The translations under genes were made by a program, and so were the position numbers. 64,000 nucleotides of DNA from an uncultured Chloroflexia bacterium (GTDB lineage: Bacteria; Chloroflexota; Dehalococcoidia; Dehalococcoidales; RBG-16-60-22): positions 1,930,519 to 1,994,518 of the forward strand of contig CAWCLJ010000004.1 of NCBI GenBank assembly GCA_963796365.1, read 5' to 3'. Shown piece by piece: positions 36,956-46,943 of this stretch. The stretch's first letter is position 1. The number at the start of each line of letters is the position of its first letter. The notes beneath the pieces were generated by a model. It did not search any database, was not told where the DNA came from, and saw only the letters and a program-made list of their open reading frames with translations.

Positions 36956-37235
36956 AGAATTACTTTAAGTTAGAACATATTATAGCCCTTTTCTTGCAGC
37001 AATACGAAAGCTCTTGATACTGGTTTCTTTAGCAACCGGTAATCATACCTTTTAATTTCCGCTAATACAGATGGTTCAAATTAACCCGTTGCCACCGTAA
37101 ACGTAAATAAAAGGCTCTTGACCATGGACAACCGCCACGAGAGTAAAGCTAAAAAAGGTTGATTCAGACCAAGGGCAATAAGTAGAAATATTCTGGCTGG
37201 GCCCCCAACCAGAATATGACAGACAGGGTTCAGTT

Positions 37236-37270
37236 AACCCTGCAAACCCTCGTGCAGGGTTTCATTTTTG
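37236..37270 (+). terminator. intrinsic-terminator-like hairpin with U-tract, no annotated upstream + strand gene
   Basis: AACCCTGCA (37236-37244) pairs with TGCAGGGTT (37253-37261), with an 8-nt loop, followed by TCATTTTTG. It is preceded by a second 9-bp hairpin, ATATTCTGG / CCAGAATAT (37188-37217). Confidence 0.4.
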
Positions 37271-37487
37271 CATTACAAGTTGAAGGAAAAGTTCCGCCCA
37301 CCGTTAGCTCCAACCCAACAAAAAGTTACGGCGTTAAATATCAACAACTGGATTTATATTTATATATAGTTACTTCTATCTATCTTATTAATCTAGAATA
37401 AAAAAATCGGTAAGTAGAAGATCTAAAAACTCGGATATATTGTTAGAAAATTTATCTCCTTTGTACAATGTGATCGGATGATTTTTC

Positions 37488-38012
37488 CTATTTTTTAGGC
37501 TTACCAGGTAAGCTTCCCGGAAATTTCCAGGGGTCTATAATTTTGGGTGCTCCTTCTGCTTTTGGGCCGCCGAACTGGTTTCCATCGATATCGGTCAGTG
37601 AAAACTCGGGCGTAAGTAATAACATGACAAATAAGAGCGGTTTGTTAATCTTGCGGAACTCAAGTGGGCAATGGAACGTACCCTTGGGGATAAAAACAAT
37701 GGTGGGCTCTGTAATTATATACTTTTCCTGTTCTTTTCCGAAATGAAAATCAATTTCGGCATCGAACTCGCTGAAACAGTCCGGTAAATTAGGAGCGAGG
37801 AAGCAAAGGTATTCATCCCCAGCATGGACATGGGTTACTCTATCTATAAAGTATGGTTTATAAATAACGTTCCAGCCGAAATTAGCGCAAGCGCCGGCAA
37901 TCTGGCGGTCGCCAAGGAAACTGAAAGTAGGCCCCGGTATGATATCGGCAGGTAGTATCGATTCTTCTTTAATGTTAGTCGTAAAATATTTGGCATATTT
38001 ACCTTTGTTCAT
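37488..38012 (-). CDS. uncharacterised cupin-like module protein (single copy)
   Basis: 174 aa. It shares the pattern H-x-H ... E ... F.P.G..HCPL ... KPL with the modules at 48829-50142 (VTHVHAGDEYLCF ... VFIPKGTFHCPLEFRKINKPLLF). Confidence 0.55.
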   Translation of the reverse strand: MNKGKYAKYFTTNIKEESILPADIIPGPTFSFLGDRQIAGACANFGWNVIYKPYFIDRVTHVHAGDEYLCFLAPNLPDCFSEFDAEIDFHFGKEQEKYIITEPTIVFIPKGTFHCPLEFRKINKPLLFVMLLLTPEFSLTDIDGNQFGGPKAEGAPKIIDPWKFPGSLPGKPKK

Positions 38013-38029
38013 CTTTAATCTCCTTCGGC

Positions 38030-38881
38030 TTACTTGTATATATAGAATCCTCGCCCGGTTTTTCTCCCGAGATAACCATCAGCAATCATTTTTTTCAGCA
38101 GTTCAGGCGCTTCATATTGCGCCTCCCCGAGCTTCCGGTAAATGCTATCCGCAATATTCAAAAGTGTGTCGAGGCCGATAAGGTCGGCTAAAGCCAGCGG
38201 GCCGACCGGATGGTTTAATCCCAGTTTCATGGCCATATCGATATCTTCTCTGTCGGCAATGCCGGATTCCAGCATACGTATCGCATTCAGGATTTGAGGC
38301 GTCATGAGGCGGTTGACAATGAAGCCGGGAGAGTCCTTTACGACAACGACCGTTTTGCCTAACGATTGCCCAAACTCTTTACCCGTTTCTATGGTTGATT
38401 CACTTGTAACGGGCGTCTTTATGATTTCCATTAACTTCATCGCCGGGACCGGATTGAAAAAGTGCAAGCCTAATATTTTATCCGGACGCTTTGTAACGGA
38501 AGTTATTTCTTCAACGGATAAACTGGAAGTGTTGGTAGCCAGTATTGTGTTAGGTGGGCAAATTCTATCCAGTTTCGAGAATATATCTTTCTTTAGTTCC
38601 AGATTTTCAACCACCGCTTCGATGACGAGGTCGCAGTTATGAAAATCCTCAATGTTGGTTGTCCCTTTAATGCGGGCCAGCGAAGCCTCTTTTCCCGGCT
38701 GCTTGATGTTGTCTTTTTTAACGGCTTTTTCCAGTGATGCCGTAATAGCGGCTAAACCCTTATGTAATAACTCCGGGCTGTTTTCCGATACAAGAACGTT
38801 ATAGCCGGATTGGGCGCATACCTGGGCGATACCGCTGCCCATCAATCCGCAGCCAATAACCCCTACTTGCTGGATTTTCAT
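38030..38881 (-). CDS. hbd: 3-hydroxybutyryl-CoA dehydrogenase
   Basis: 283 aa with Rossmann motif VGVIGCGLMGSGIAQV. The length and the C-terminal dimerisation domain (GRKTGRGFYIY) are typical of Hbd. Confidence 0.88.
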   Translation of the reverse strand: MKIQQVGVIGCGLMGSGIAQVCAQSGYNVLVSENSPELLHKGLAAITASLEKAVKKDNIKQPGKEASLARIKGTTNIEDFHNCDLVIEAVVENLELKKDIFSKLDRICPPNTILATNTSSLSVEEITSVTKRPDKILGLHFFNPVPAMKLMEIIKTPVTSESTIETGKEFGQSLGKTVVVVKDSPGFIVNRLMTPQILNAIRMLESGIADREDIDMAMKLGLNHPVGPLALADLIGLDTLLNIADSIYRKLGEAQYEAPELLKKMIADGYLGRKTGRGFYIYK

Positions 38882-38886
38882 GGAGT

Positions 38887-40440
38887 TTATTTCTTCCGCT
38901 CGTAAACGGTTTTGCCGCCGACAATCGTCATATCTACTTTAATGTCCCCGATTTTTTCTTTGGGCACTTGATAGGGGTCATCGGAAAGCACGACAAAGTC
39001 CGCCAGCTTTCCGGGTTCGACATTTCCTTTGATATCTTCCTCAAAGCCTATTTTGGCTCCGTTTATCGTGAATATCTCGATCGCCTCGTAGACATCGATT
39101 CGCTGCTCTTTAAGCGGATGGTTTACCAGGGCGGAAATGCCTCCCAGAGGACTCATTCTGGTTACGGGGGTATCCGAGCCGCCGGAGACCAGTATTTCTT
39201 CATTCATAATCCAGCGGTAGGTATGGGCCCTTTTTACCCGTTCGTCGCCAATCAGCGACCGGTAATAATCCAGGTTCGGGCCTTCGCATACCGTAATGAA
39301 CATGGGCTGCATACCTAAAGCTACCCCCAGCCTGGCAACCCGCTTTATTTGCTTTGGGGTGACAATTTCGAAGTGCTCAATGCGGTGGCGGTGGTCTTTA
39401 CGCGGGTACTTTTCCAGGACTTTTTCAAAAGCCCACAGTACCTGGTCGATGGCCCGCTCCGATTCGGCATGGACGGAAATCTGGCAGCCGGCCTTATGCA
39501 CTTTTTCTACAAAAGCATAAAACTCTTCATCGGTATGGTGCAGCATGCCGAGTGTCGTAGGGTCATCGGTATAGGGCTCATAAAGAGCGGCGGTACGGCC
39601 TTCCACCGAGCCGTCGGTCAAATTACAAACGCAAATATGCTCGCCGAGGAATTTACTTTTGAGTACATCGTCAAGCGATGCGGCGCCAAATCCGGGGAAT
39701 ATCATGGGGCGGATGCGCACCGGTATTTTTTTAACGTTTTTCAGGATGAATTCGGCATTTTCCAGGCCTTCTTTAGCAAAGAGGGTGGTGATACCGACCG
39801 AGGCGGCTTCTTTGGTTATCAGCATCAAGACTTCCATGGCTTCGTCTTTATCTTCGAAATTGTCCCCAGAGCTTAAAGGGCGGGCAGAAGCTGGGTCCTG
39901 CAGCAGGCCGGTAAGCTCGCCTTTGGAATCGACGATGACCCCTTCCTGGCCGGCTTTATATCCGAGTTTGGTCAGGGCCAGGCTGTTGACCTGGGAGAAG
40001 TGACCGTCATAATGCTGTATCCAGATAGGGTGTTTGGTTGATATGGCATCCAGTTCTTTCCGGGTGGGATATCTTTTCTCAGCTACCCGCTGGCGGTTAT
40101 ATTCCGGGCAAAAAATCAGGCTGCCTTCTTTGGTTTTGTTTACCTTTTCTTTTATTTTATCTAGGGCCTCTTTCACCGTTTTTACGGTAGATAAATCAAC
40201 GCCGAGGCGGTTCTTTCCGGTCCCCATCGGGTGAGCGTGGCTATCGATAAAACCGGGCAGGACGGTCTTCCCTTTCAAATCAAGCACTTTAGTAGCTTTG
40301 CCGGCATTCGCCTCGACCTCTTTAACGGCTCCTACGGAAACGATTTTATCTCCCTTAATGCCGATGGCTTCCGCCCGCGGTTTCTGGTTGACTACTGTAA
40401 TGATATTACCTTTAATAATCAGATCCAGATTCTTAGCCAT
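38887..40440 (-). CDS. amidohydrolase-family metallohydrolase (Amidohydro_3 / YtcJ-like), intact paralogue
   Basis: 517 aa with the metal motif FIDSHAHPMG and later HAESERAID and SGGSDTPV. It is a paralogue of the two broken genes at 59341-62522. Confidence 0.8.
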   Translation of the reverse strand: MAKNLDLIIKGNIITVVNQKPRAEAIGIKGDKIVSVGAVKEVEANAGKATKVLDLKGKTVLPGFIDSHAHPMGTGKNRLGVDLSTVKTVKEALDKIKEKVNKTKEGSLIFCPEYNRQRVAEKRYPTRKELDAISTKHPIWIQHYDGHFSQVNSLALTKLGYKAGQEGVIVDSKGELTGLLQDPASARPLSSGDNFEDKDEAMEVLMLITKEAASVGITTLFAKEGLENAEFILKNVKKIPVRIRPMIFPGFGAASLDDVLKSKFLGEHICVCNLTDGSVEGRTAALYEPYTDDPTTLGMLHHTDEEFYAFVEKVHKAGCQISVHAESERAIDQVLWAFEKVLEKYPRKDHRHRIEHFEIVTPKQIKRVARLGVALGMQPMFITVCEGPNLDYYRSLIGDERVKRAHTYRWIMNEEILVSGGSDTPVTRMSPLGGISALVNHPLKEQRIDVYEAIEIFTINGAKIGFEEDIKGNVEPGKLADFVVLSDDPYQVPKEKIGDIKVDMTIVGGKTVYERKK

Positions 40441-40457
40441 TTACGCCCCCTTTTTTA

Positions 40458-40694
40458 TTAACCCCCGGCTACCACCGGGAAAATGTCGATGATATCTCCA
40501 TCATTAATCATACTGTCCGCGGTCACCTTACTTCCGTTGATAGCACAAAAGGCTATCGCTTTAGACGGCACTTCAGCTTTAAGTATCGTCAATAACATTT
40601 CCAGTTTGATTGATGGTCCTTCAAAAGAGACGGTACAGGAGTTGTCTCTACCACGGGACAGCATTCCATTTAATCTTACGGTTGCACCCGGCAT
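40458..40694 (-). CDS. MoaD/ThiS-family small sulfur-carrier-like protein
   Basis: 78 aa ending in the diagnostic ...IFPVVAGG. It lies directly downstream of the AOR gene. Confidence 0.75.
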   Translation of the reverse strand: MPGATVRLNGMLSRGRDNSCTVSFEGPSIKLEMLLTILKAEVPSKAIAFCAINGSKVTADSMINDGDIIDIFPVVAGG

Positions 40695-40698
40695 TATT

Positions 40699-42462
40699 TT
40701 AATCCCTCTGAATATTCAGTTGCGCCAATTTTTCCCCGGTAGGTATGCCTCTGGTATCCCAGCCGCGTAAGCGGTAATATTCCTGCAACATGATTTCAAA
40801 CTGGTCGCGGGGCAACAGCTTTCCGGCCGTAACGCCGGATTTTAGCGTGTCTTTGAAAATGCGCACCGGCAGGGAATCATCGGAAACATTAAATCCCTCT
40901 CTCACATTAAAAAGCCTCAGGATGTTCCAGATACGTTCTCCGGCGGTTTCAAGTTCTGCGGCCGGGACATCGCGGCCCAGCAGGCATGACATAATCTGGC
41001 TCATTGTATCCAGGCTTAAAGCCCAGAAGTCGCATAAGATGAGCGAGAATTTTATCGCGTTATAGTTCTGCCCGGTCATAACAAGTTGGGCTTTCCCTTC
41101 TACCGTAAATGGATTGATTTTCCCGAAGGCTTCATCGGCCACCGGCCAGGCGCTCATGTGGCAGCCGCCGCGGCTGGCGGTAGCGTAAGCCAGCCCCATG
41201 GCCCAGGAGCCGCGCGGGTCGTAACCGGGTAACTCCAGCCCTTTGACCTGCATGGCAAATTCTGCGCCGCCGTATTTTTTAGATAATTGTTTCACTCCCA
41301 ATCCCAATTCCCGTCCGATGCCTTCTCTAAATGCAATCAAACGGGGTATTTTAACAAAGCTTTCCGCATCTCCGAATTTTATACCTAAATCTTTGATGCC
41401 TCTTTGCGCCATTTCCATGGCAAAACCGATGACGTTGCCGGTAGAAATCGTATCCAGGCCGAACTCATCGCAATCGGCATTGAACCTGGCGATTGCTTCA
41501 AGGTCATCTATGCCGCAGCCGGATCCCGCCAGCGCCAGGGTCTCATATTCCGGCCCCTCGACGCCGCCGCCTTTAAAACGGATGTAATTGCCGCAGCCCA
41601 GGGCGCAGGCAAAACAGGCCTTTTTTTCAGGCCTGTAGTCCTGGATTTTCCCCGAGTTAATATCCGGGGCATGTTCGAAGGTCCCGTCCTGATAATTTCT
41701 GGTAGGTAAAATCCCGGAAGCATTGCTCATATCAACGAGCATGGGCGTACCGGTCAGATATACCCAGCTATTGGTGTTGGAAAGCGTGTCCTCGCGCGTT
41801 ATTTTTTTTACCAGTTCCATGAACTGGGGCATATCCGGTACGCGTAAGTCTTTGTTCCCAGAGCAAGTAATGGCTTTTAATTTCTTGGAACCCATGACTG
41901 CCCCGATGCCGCCGCGCCCGGCCTGGCGGTCTGATGAGCCGGCGCAGGCAAACGGGATAAGGTTTTCCCCGGCGGGGCCAATGCTTAAAACGGCGGTATC
42001 ATTACCGTATTTTACCCTGAGACTTTTTTCCGTCTCGCCGATTCCTTTACCCCAGAGGTGTCCTGCATCGTGGATTGTGACTTTATCCTCTATGATTTCC
42101 AGATAAACCGGATGTTTGGCCTGCCCTTCGATAATAAGCAGGTCATAACCGGCGAATTTAAGTTTTGAGGCGAAAATCCCGCCGATAGAGGAATCAACAA
42201 TGGCGCCGGTGGCCGGTGATTTGCTGACGATTGCCAGCTTTCCCGAACAGGATACGATCGTCCCGGTCAGCGGGCCGGTGGCAATGATAACTTTATTATC
42301 AGGGGACAGCGCATCCACCCCTTTCGGGATTTCCTCAAAGACGTATTTGGCCGCTAAACCCCGACCCCCGAAGTATTGTTCCGTCCACATTTTGTTCAGC
42401 GGTTCTTTACTAACAACCCCGGTGGTTAGATTTACGCGAAGGACCTGCCAGCGGTAACTCAT
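40699..42462 (-). CDS. aor: aldehyde:ferredoxin oxidoreductase (tungsten/molybdopterin AOR family)
   Basis: 587 aa. The N-terminal AOR domain is VLRVNLTTGVVSKEPL...YFGGRGLAAKY...ATGPLTGT. The C-terminal pterin-binding domains carry Cys ligands (CFACALGC). Confidence 0.88.
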   Translation of the reverse strand: MSYRWQVLRVNLTTGVVSKEPLNKMWTEQYFGGRGLAAKYVFEEIPKGVDALSPDNKVIIATGPLTGTIVSCSGKLAIVSKSPATGAIVDSSIGGIFASKLKFAGYDLLIIEGQAKHPVYLEIIEDKVTIHDAGHLWGKGIGETEKSLRVKYGNDTAVLSIGPAGENLIPFACAGSSDRQAGRGGIGAVMGSKKLKAITCSGNKDLRVPDMPQFMELVKKITREDTLSNTNSWVYLTGTPMLVDMSNASGILPTRNYQDGTFEHAPDINSGKIQDYRPEKKACFACALGCGNYIRFKGGGVEGPEYETLALAGSGCGIDDLEAIARFNADCDEFGLDTISTGNVIGFAMEMAQRGIKDLGIKFGDAESFVKIPRLIAFREGIGRELGLGVKQLSKKYGGAEFAMQVKGLELPGYDPRGSWAMGLAYATASRGGCHMSAWPVADEAFGKINPFTVEGKAQLVMTGQNYNAIKFSLILCDFWALSLDTMSQIMSCLLGRDVPAAELETAGERIWNILRLFNVREGFNVSDDSLPVRIFKDTLKSGVTAGKLLPRDQFEIMLQEYYRLRGWDTRGIPTGEKLAQLNIQRD

Positions 42463-42860
42463 TTAGCACCATCCTCCAGTTGAATAGCCTGGTGGGGGCA
42501 CCATTCTATACAGCAGGGAGTACCCTGGCAAAAATCGGGGACGGCCGCTTTGCCGCCGTTATCGAGATAGATTATCCCCTGGGGACAGATATCGACGCAC
42601 TGACCGCACCCGGCGCATGCTTCGTTATCTACAGTTAGCCATTTGCCGTTGAAGGCTATAGCTTCTACCGGGCAGCTTGAAATACAGCTAAGACACAATG
42701 TGCAGGACTTAAGCTGCTTTTGGGAGTCGTTCGGTGTTTCAGTTTCGGCGATTTTAAGATGGGATTTCCCGGGGCTAAAGACTCCCTGATGTTTTGCGGA
42801 ACAGGCAAGCTCGCATATTTTGCATCCGGTACATTTCCCGGCATCAAATATCAGCTTCAT
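42459..42860 (-). CDS. 4Fe-4S cluster ferredoxin-like subunit
   Basis: 133 aa with several CxxCxxCxxxCP-type motifs (CTGCKICELAC, CTLCLSCISSCP, CAGCGQCVDICP). It has a 4-nt overlap with aor. Confidence 0.85.
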   Translation of the reverse strand: MKLIFDAGKCTGCKICELACSAKHQGVFSPGKSHLKIAETETPNDSQKQLKSCTLCLSCISSCPVEAIAFNGKWLTVDNEACAGCGQCVDICPQGIIYLDNGGKAAVPDFCQGTPCCIEWCPHQAIQLEDGAK

Positions 42861-42887
42861 AATTCATAACCTGCTCGGAATATTTTT

Positions 42888-43910
42888 CTAAACTCTGATG
42901 CATGCGACCAGGTGGTTAGGTGTAACCTGTCTTAGCTGCGGCAGCTCTTTACTGCAGTCAGGGATTGCCATCCAGCAGCGGGGGTGGAAGGGACAACCGG
43001 GCGGAGGATTTAAAGGGCTCGGCACATCTCCCTTGAGAATAATGCGCTCTCTCTTTCTTTCGACTCTGGGGTCAGGAATGGGAATTGCCGAAAGCAATGC
43101 CTGTGTGTAGGGCATTAAAGGATTTTCGTAGAGTTCTTTCCAATCGGTAAGTTCTACTATATGCCCAAGATACATGACGGCTATTACATCACTGACATGC
43201 CGAACGACAGAGAGGTCATGGGCAATCAGGAGATAGGTCAACCCTAATTTTTTTTGAAGTTCCTGCAACAGATTGATTATCTGTGCCTGGATGGAGACAT
43301 CCAGCGCTGATATAGGTTCATCACATACCACGAACGATGGACTGCAGGAAAGGGCGCGCGCTATCCCGATACGCTGCCTCTGCCCGCCGCTGAACTCGTG
43401 GGGGTAGCGGTTGGTCATCTCCGGGTCTAATCCTACCAGCGTAAACAGTTCTTCGATTTTCTTTCTATATTCAACCTTATCGGAACACAGATGATGGACT
43501 TTTAAAGATTCCCCGACAATGCTGCCGGCACTCTGCCTCGGGTCCAAGGAGCCGTACGGGTCTTGGAAGACAAGTTGAATTTTCTGGCGGAGGCTTCTTA
43601 CCTGGCTCCACGAAAGTCTTGTGATATCCTGGCCATTAAAGATTATGTTCCCGCCGGTAGGCTGGTATATGCGTAAAATGCAACGTCCTACAGTGGTTTT
43701 ACCGCAGCCGCTTTCTCCTACCAGGCCTACAGTTTCCCCACGGCGGATGGTAAAGCTGACATCATCTACCGCTTTCACATCAGCAATTTTGCGCCGGAAA
43801 ATACCCTGGGTTACCGGGAAGTACATTTTCAGGTTTTTAATTTCCAAGAGAATATTATCTGCGGACGGTGTCACTTGATTCTCCTCCGATTTCCAGATGA
43901 CAGCGTGCAA
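42888..43910 (-). CDS. peptide/nickel-type ABC transporter ATP-binding protein (OppF/DppF-like)
   Basis: Walker [10 protein letters not shown], signature FSGGQRQRI, Walker [10 protein letters not shown], and the oligopeptide-type C-terminal domain. The true start is probably downstream of 43855, so there is no real overlap. Confidence 0.85.
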   Translation of the reverse strand: MHAVIWKSEENQVTPSADNILLEIKNLKMYFPVTQGIFRRKIADVKAVDDVSFTIRRGETVGLVGESGCGKTTVGRCILRIYQPTGGNIIFNGQDITRLSWSQVRSLRQKIQLVFQDPYGSLDPRQSAGSIVGESLKVHHLCSDKVEYRKKIEELFTLVGLDPEMTNRYPHEFSGGQRQRIGIARALSCSPSFVVCDEPISALDVSIQAQIINLLQELQKKLGLTYLLIAHDLSVVRHVSDVIAVMYLGHIVELTDWKELYENPLMPYTQALLSAIPIPDPRVERKRERIILKGDVPSPLNPPPGCPFHPRCWMAIPDCSKELPQLRQVTPNHLVACIRV

Positions 43911-44859
43911 AATGATTATCTCCCACCTGTTTTAATTCAGGGTCGGTTTCTTTATTGCACTGGCTGGCCAGCGAGCAGCGTGGTTTAAAGGCACAGATAG
44001 GCGGCATATCAATTAGATTCGGCGGCAAGCCGTTAATAGGAATCAGCTGTCTGCCGCGCTCTTCGTCAAGCCGCGGCACTGATTTTAAGAGTGCGATGGT
44101 ATATGGATGCCTGGGGTCGTTAAAAACATCATCGGCGGTACCGGACTCAACGATACGGCCGGCATACATCACATAAATTCTCTGGGCATGGCGCGCCACA
44201 ATACCAAGATTATGCGTGACGATTACCAGCGAATTGTGGTATTTTTCCGTCATTTCCATCATTACTTCGAGTACCTGGGCTTGCGTGGTTACGTCCAGGG
44301 CCGTGGTAGGTTCATCGGCGATAACCAGTTTTGGATGACAGGAAAGAGCCATGGCAATCATCGCCCTTTGACGCATACCGCCGCTGAACTGGTGGGGATA
44401 ATTATTCACGCGTATTTTTGCATCGGGAATTCCGACCTGTTCCAGAAGCTCGATAGCCCGCAGTTTGGCGTCCTGGCGGTTCAGTTTGAGGTGCAATACC
44501 AAGGATTCCATGATCTGCTCACCGATGGTAAAAACCGGATTGAAAGAGGTCATAGGTTCCTGGAAAACCATCCCGATTTTACCGCCCCGGATGGCACGTA
44601 TCTGTTTGCTATCCGCTTTGTTTTTCAGCAGGTCTTCTCCTTCAAATATTACTTCACCCCCGATGATTTCCCCGGGCGGAGTTGCGATTATCTGGGTCAC
44701 CGCCATCTGGCTGACGGATTTGCCGCAGCCGCTTTCGCCGACCAACCCCACCACTTCCCCTTCGTTAAGATAATAAGACATTCCGTCTACCGCTTTGACG
44801 GTACCGGCTGTAGTATTGAAAATGACTTTTAAATTATTTACTTCAAGTAATGGCGCCAT
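43855..44859 (-). CDS. peptide/nickel-type ABC transporter ATP-binding protein (OppD/DppD-like)
   Basis: Walker [10 protein letters not shown], signature FSGGMRQRA, Walker [10 protein letters not shown]. Confidence 0.85.
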   Translation of the reverse strand: MAPLLEVNNLKVIFNTTAGTVKAVDGMSYYLNEGEVVGLVGESGCGKSVSQMAVTQIIATPPGEIIGGEVIFEGEDLLKNKADSKQIRAIRGGKIGMVFQEPMTSFNPVFTIGEQIMESLVLHLKLNRQDAKLRAIELLEQVGIPDAKIRVNNYPHQFSGGMRQRAMIAMALSCHPKLVIADEPTTALDVTTQAQVLEVMMEMTEKYHNSLVIVTHNLGIVARHAQRIYVMYAGRIVESGTADDVFNDPRHPYTIALLKSVPRLDEERGRQLIPINGLPPNLIDMPPICAFKPRCSLASQCNKETDPELKQVGDNHFARCHLEIGGESSDTVRR

Positions 44860-44888
44860 AATAAATCTCTGAATTTAAAATTAACTTT

Positions 44889-45785
44889 TTATATCCTTCC
44901 TCTTAACCTGGGATCCAGGGCATCTCTAAGACCATCACCTAGAAGATTGAACGCGAGAACCACAAGCACAATAGCTACACCTGGTGCGATGGAAAGTAAT
45001 GGGTTAGTAAGTAAATATTGTTCCCCGCCGTTAATCATATTTCCCCAGGTAGCGGTGGGAGGATTAATGCCTATCCCCAGAAAGCTTAACGAAGCTTCAG
45101 ATAAAATCGCAAACCCCAGGTCCATGGTCACATTGACGAAAAGAGGTGGGAAGACATTGGGGACAAGATGGCGAAACATGATGCGAAGATGACTGTCACC
45201 GATAACATTGGCGGCCATGATATAATCATTCTCTTTGGTTGATAAAACTTCGCCGCACATCAAACGGCAATAGGTTGGCATAAAGCCCACGCCCAGGGCA
45301 ATAAAGACTTTGGCCATGCCGGCCCCCAGCATTGTTGCGATAGCTAGCATAAGTACCAGCGGTGGCAGGGACATCAAGGCGTCCGTGAATCTCATGATAA
45401 TTGTCTCTATCCAGCCGCCGAAATACCCGGCAAGCAATCCCAGTAACATACCAACGCTGCCAGCTAATGCGACGACGACAAAACCAACAATGACCGCAAT
45501 CCTGGAACCATATATCAACCTGCTTAATTCATCGCGCCCCAACTGGTCAGTGCCCAGCAAATGGTGCCACGAAGGTTGCTGTAATGATTCGGCAAGACTT
45601 ACTTTGTTGGGGTTATAAGGTGCTATAAGGGAAGCGAATATCGCAACGATGAAAAGTAAAATAATCACAACCATACCGAAGATGACCAGCCACCGACTAA
45701 ACATGACGCGGAAAAAACGCCGGGTCTCACTGATATGGGCTGATGATACTCTGGCTGGTTTTAAAGCTGCACTGGTTTCAACCAT
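44889..45785 (-). CDS. ABC transporter permease (OppC/DppC-like)
   Basis: 298 aa with multi-TM BPD_transp_1 layout and the EAA-like loop SEASLSFLGIG. Confidence 0.8.
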   Translation of the reverse strand: MVETSAALKPARVSSAHISETRRFFRVMFSRWLVIFGMVVIILLFIVAIFASLIAPYNPNKVSLAESLQQPSWHHLLGTDQLGRDELSRLIYGSRIAVIVGFVVVALAGSVGMLLGLLAGYFGGWIETIIMRFTDALMSLPPLVLMLAIATMLGAGMAKVFIALGVGFMPTYCRLMCGEVLSTKENDYIMAANVIGDSHLRIMFRHLVPNVFPPLFVNVTMDLGFAILSEASLSFLGIGINPPTATWGNMINGGEQYLLTNPLLSIAPGVAIVLVVLAFNLLGDGLRDALDPRLRGRI

Positions 45786-45809
45786 ATATTATACCCTTGC
45801 CGAACACTA

Positions 45810-46754
45810 TTATTTGAACCTTATTCTTGGGTCAATCCATCCGTAAGCGATGTCTACCAGCAGGTTGGCCAGGCAAACTGAAATACCTACAACTAAAACA
45901 CCAGCCTGCACAATCAAATAATCTTTATCCAGTGAAGCACGAACCAAAAGGCGTCCTACCCCCGGAATGTTGAAGACCGTTTCGGTCAATACTTCACCAC
46001 CGAGCAAGAAAGCCAAAGCCATACCGATTAGCGTTACAACAGGAATCAAGGCGTTTCTTAAAGCATGTTTGTAGAGCACAATTTGCTGGCTCAGACCTTT
46101 AGACGTTGCCGTCCGGACATAATCTTGGCGTATCGTCTCTAACATGCTGGACCTGGTCTGACGTACGATAACGGCGACATTTGGTATGGTCATTGCGATT
46201 ACTGGCATGACCAATTGCCGCATACTTTCCACGAAATTAGTGAACGGTGAAGTAAACCCTTGAATGGGAAGCCAGCCGAGTTTCAGACCGAATATATAGA
46301 TTCCCACGATACCTAACCAGAACGTTGGGATAGCGACAGCGGTATTTGCAAACAGACTAATGAAAGAATCCAACATGCTGCCGCGTTTTACCGCGCTGAT
46401 AACGCCCGCGATTATGCCCAGGATTGTACTCAAGATGAGAGCAAGCATAGTTAAATACACAGTGATAGGTAGTCTTTCTTTAAGCAGTTGGCCGACATCT
46501 TCATGATAAATGATTGATTGGCCAAAACTTCCGTGTAAAATTCCGCCTATCCAGCGGAAATATTGCACCGTAACAGGTTGATCCAACCCTAACTGATGTC
46601 TTAAAGCTGCCTGTGCGGCTGCGGTGGCATGTGAGCCGAGTATCTGGATAACAGGGTCACCTGGAATAATATGCAGCAACAGGAAGGAGATAATCGTAAC
46701 CAGGAAGACCACGATTATTGCCTGTATGATTCGCCGTATGATAAAACTGGTCAA
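45810..46754 (-). CDS. ABC transporter permease (OppB/DppB-like)
   Basis: 314 aa. The N-terminus MTSFIIRRIIQAIIVVFLV and the motif RTATSKGL are typical of OppB/DppB. Confidence 0.8.
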   Translation of the reverse strand: MTSFIIRRIIQAIIVVFLVTIISFLLLHIIPGDPVIQILGSHATAAAQAALRHQLGLDQPVTVQYFRWIGGILHGSFGQSIIYHEDVGQLLKERLPITVYLTMLALILSTILGIIAGVISAVKRGSMLDSFISLFANTAVAIPTFWLGIVGIYIFGLKLGWLPIQGFTSPFTNFVESMRQLVMPVIAMTIPNVAVIVRQTRSSMLETIRQDYVRTATSKGLSQQIVLYKHALRNALIPVVTLIGMALAFLLGGEVLTETVFNIPGVGRLLVRASLDKDYLIVQAGVLVVGISVCLANLLVDIAYGWIDPRIRFK

Positions 46755-46943
46755 TTTATGTTTCTTTCAAGCCTGGAGCGCTTGTTATCACTCTCCAAGA
46801 GGTCTCGATATTTTGATTTGCATATAAGGATGCGCCGGGAATGGTCTTTAATCTGTGATTTCCCGGCGCTCTTTGTTATTCGGCTTGCTAGAATTAGTTA
46901 ATTGTATACCTCATCATTAATCGTTGTTAAACTTAAATACAGC

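Noticed and set aside
40458-40694. The MoaD/ThiS-like GG protein as part of a ubiquitin-like conjugation or defence system.
   Set aside because: No E1, E2 or JAB genes are nearby. Its position directly after aor fits the known association of MoaD-like proteins with tungsten/molybdopterin cofactor handling.
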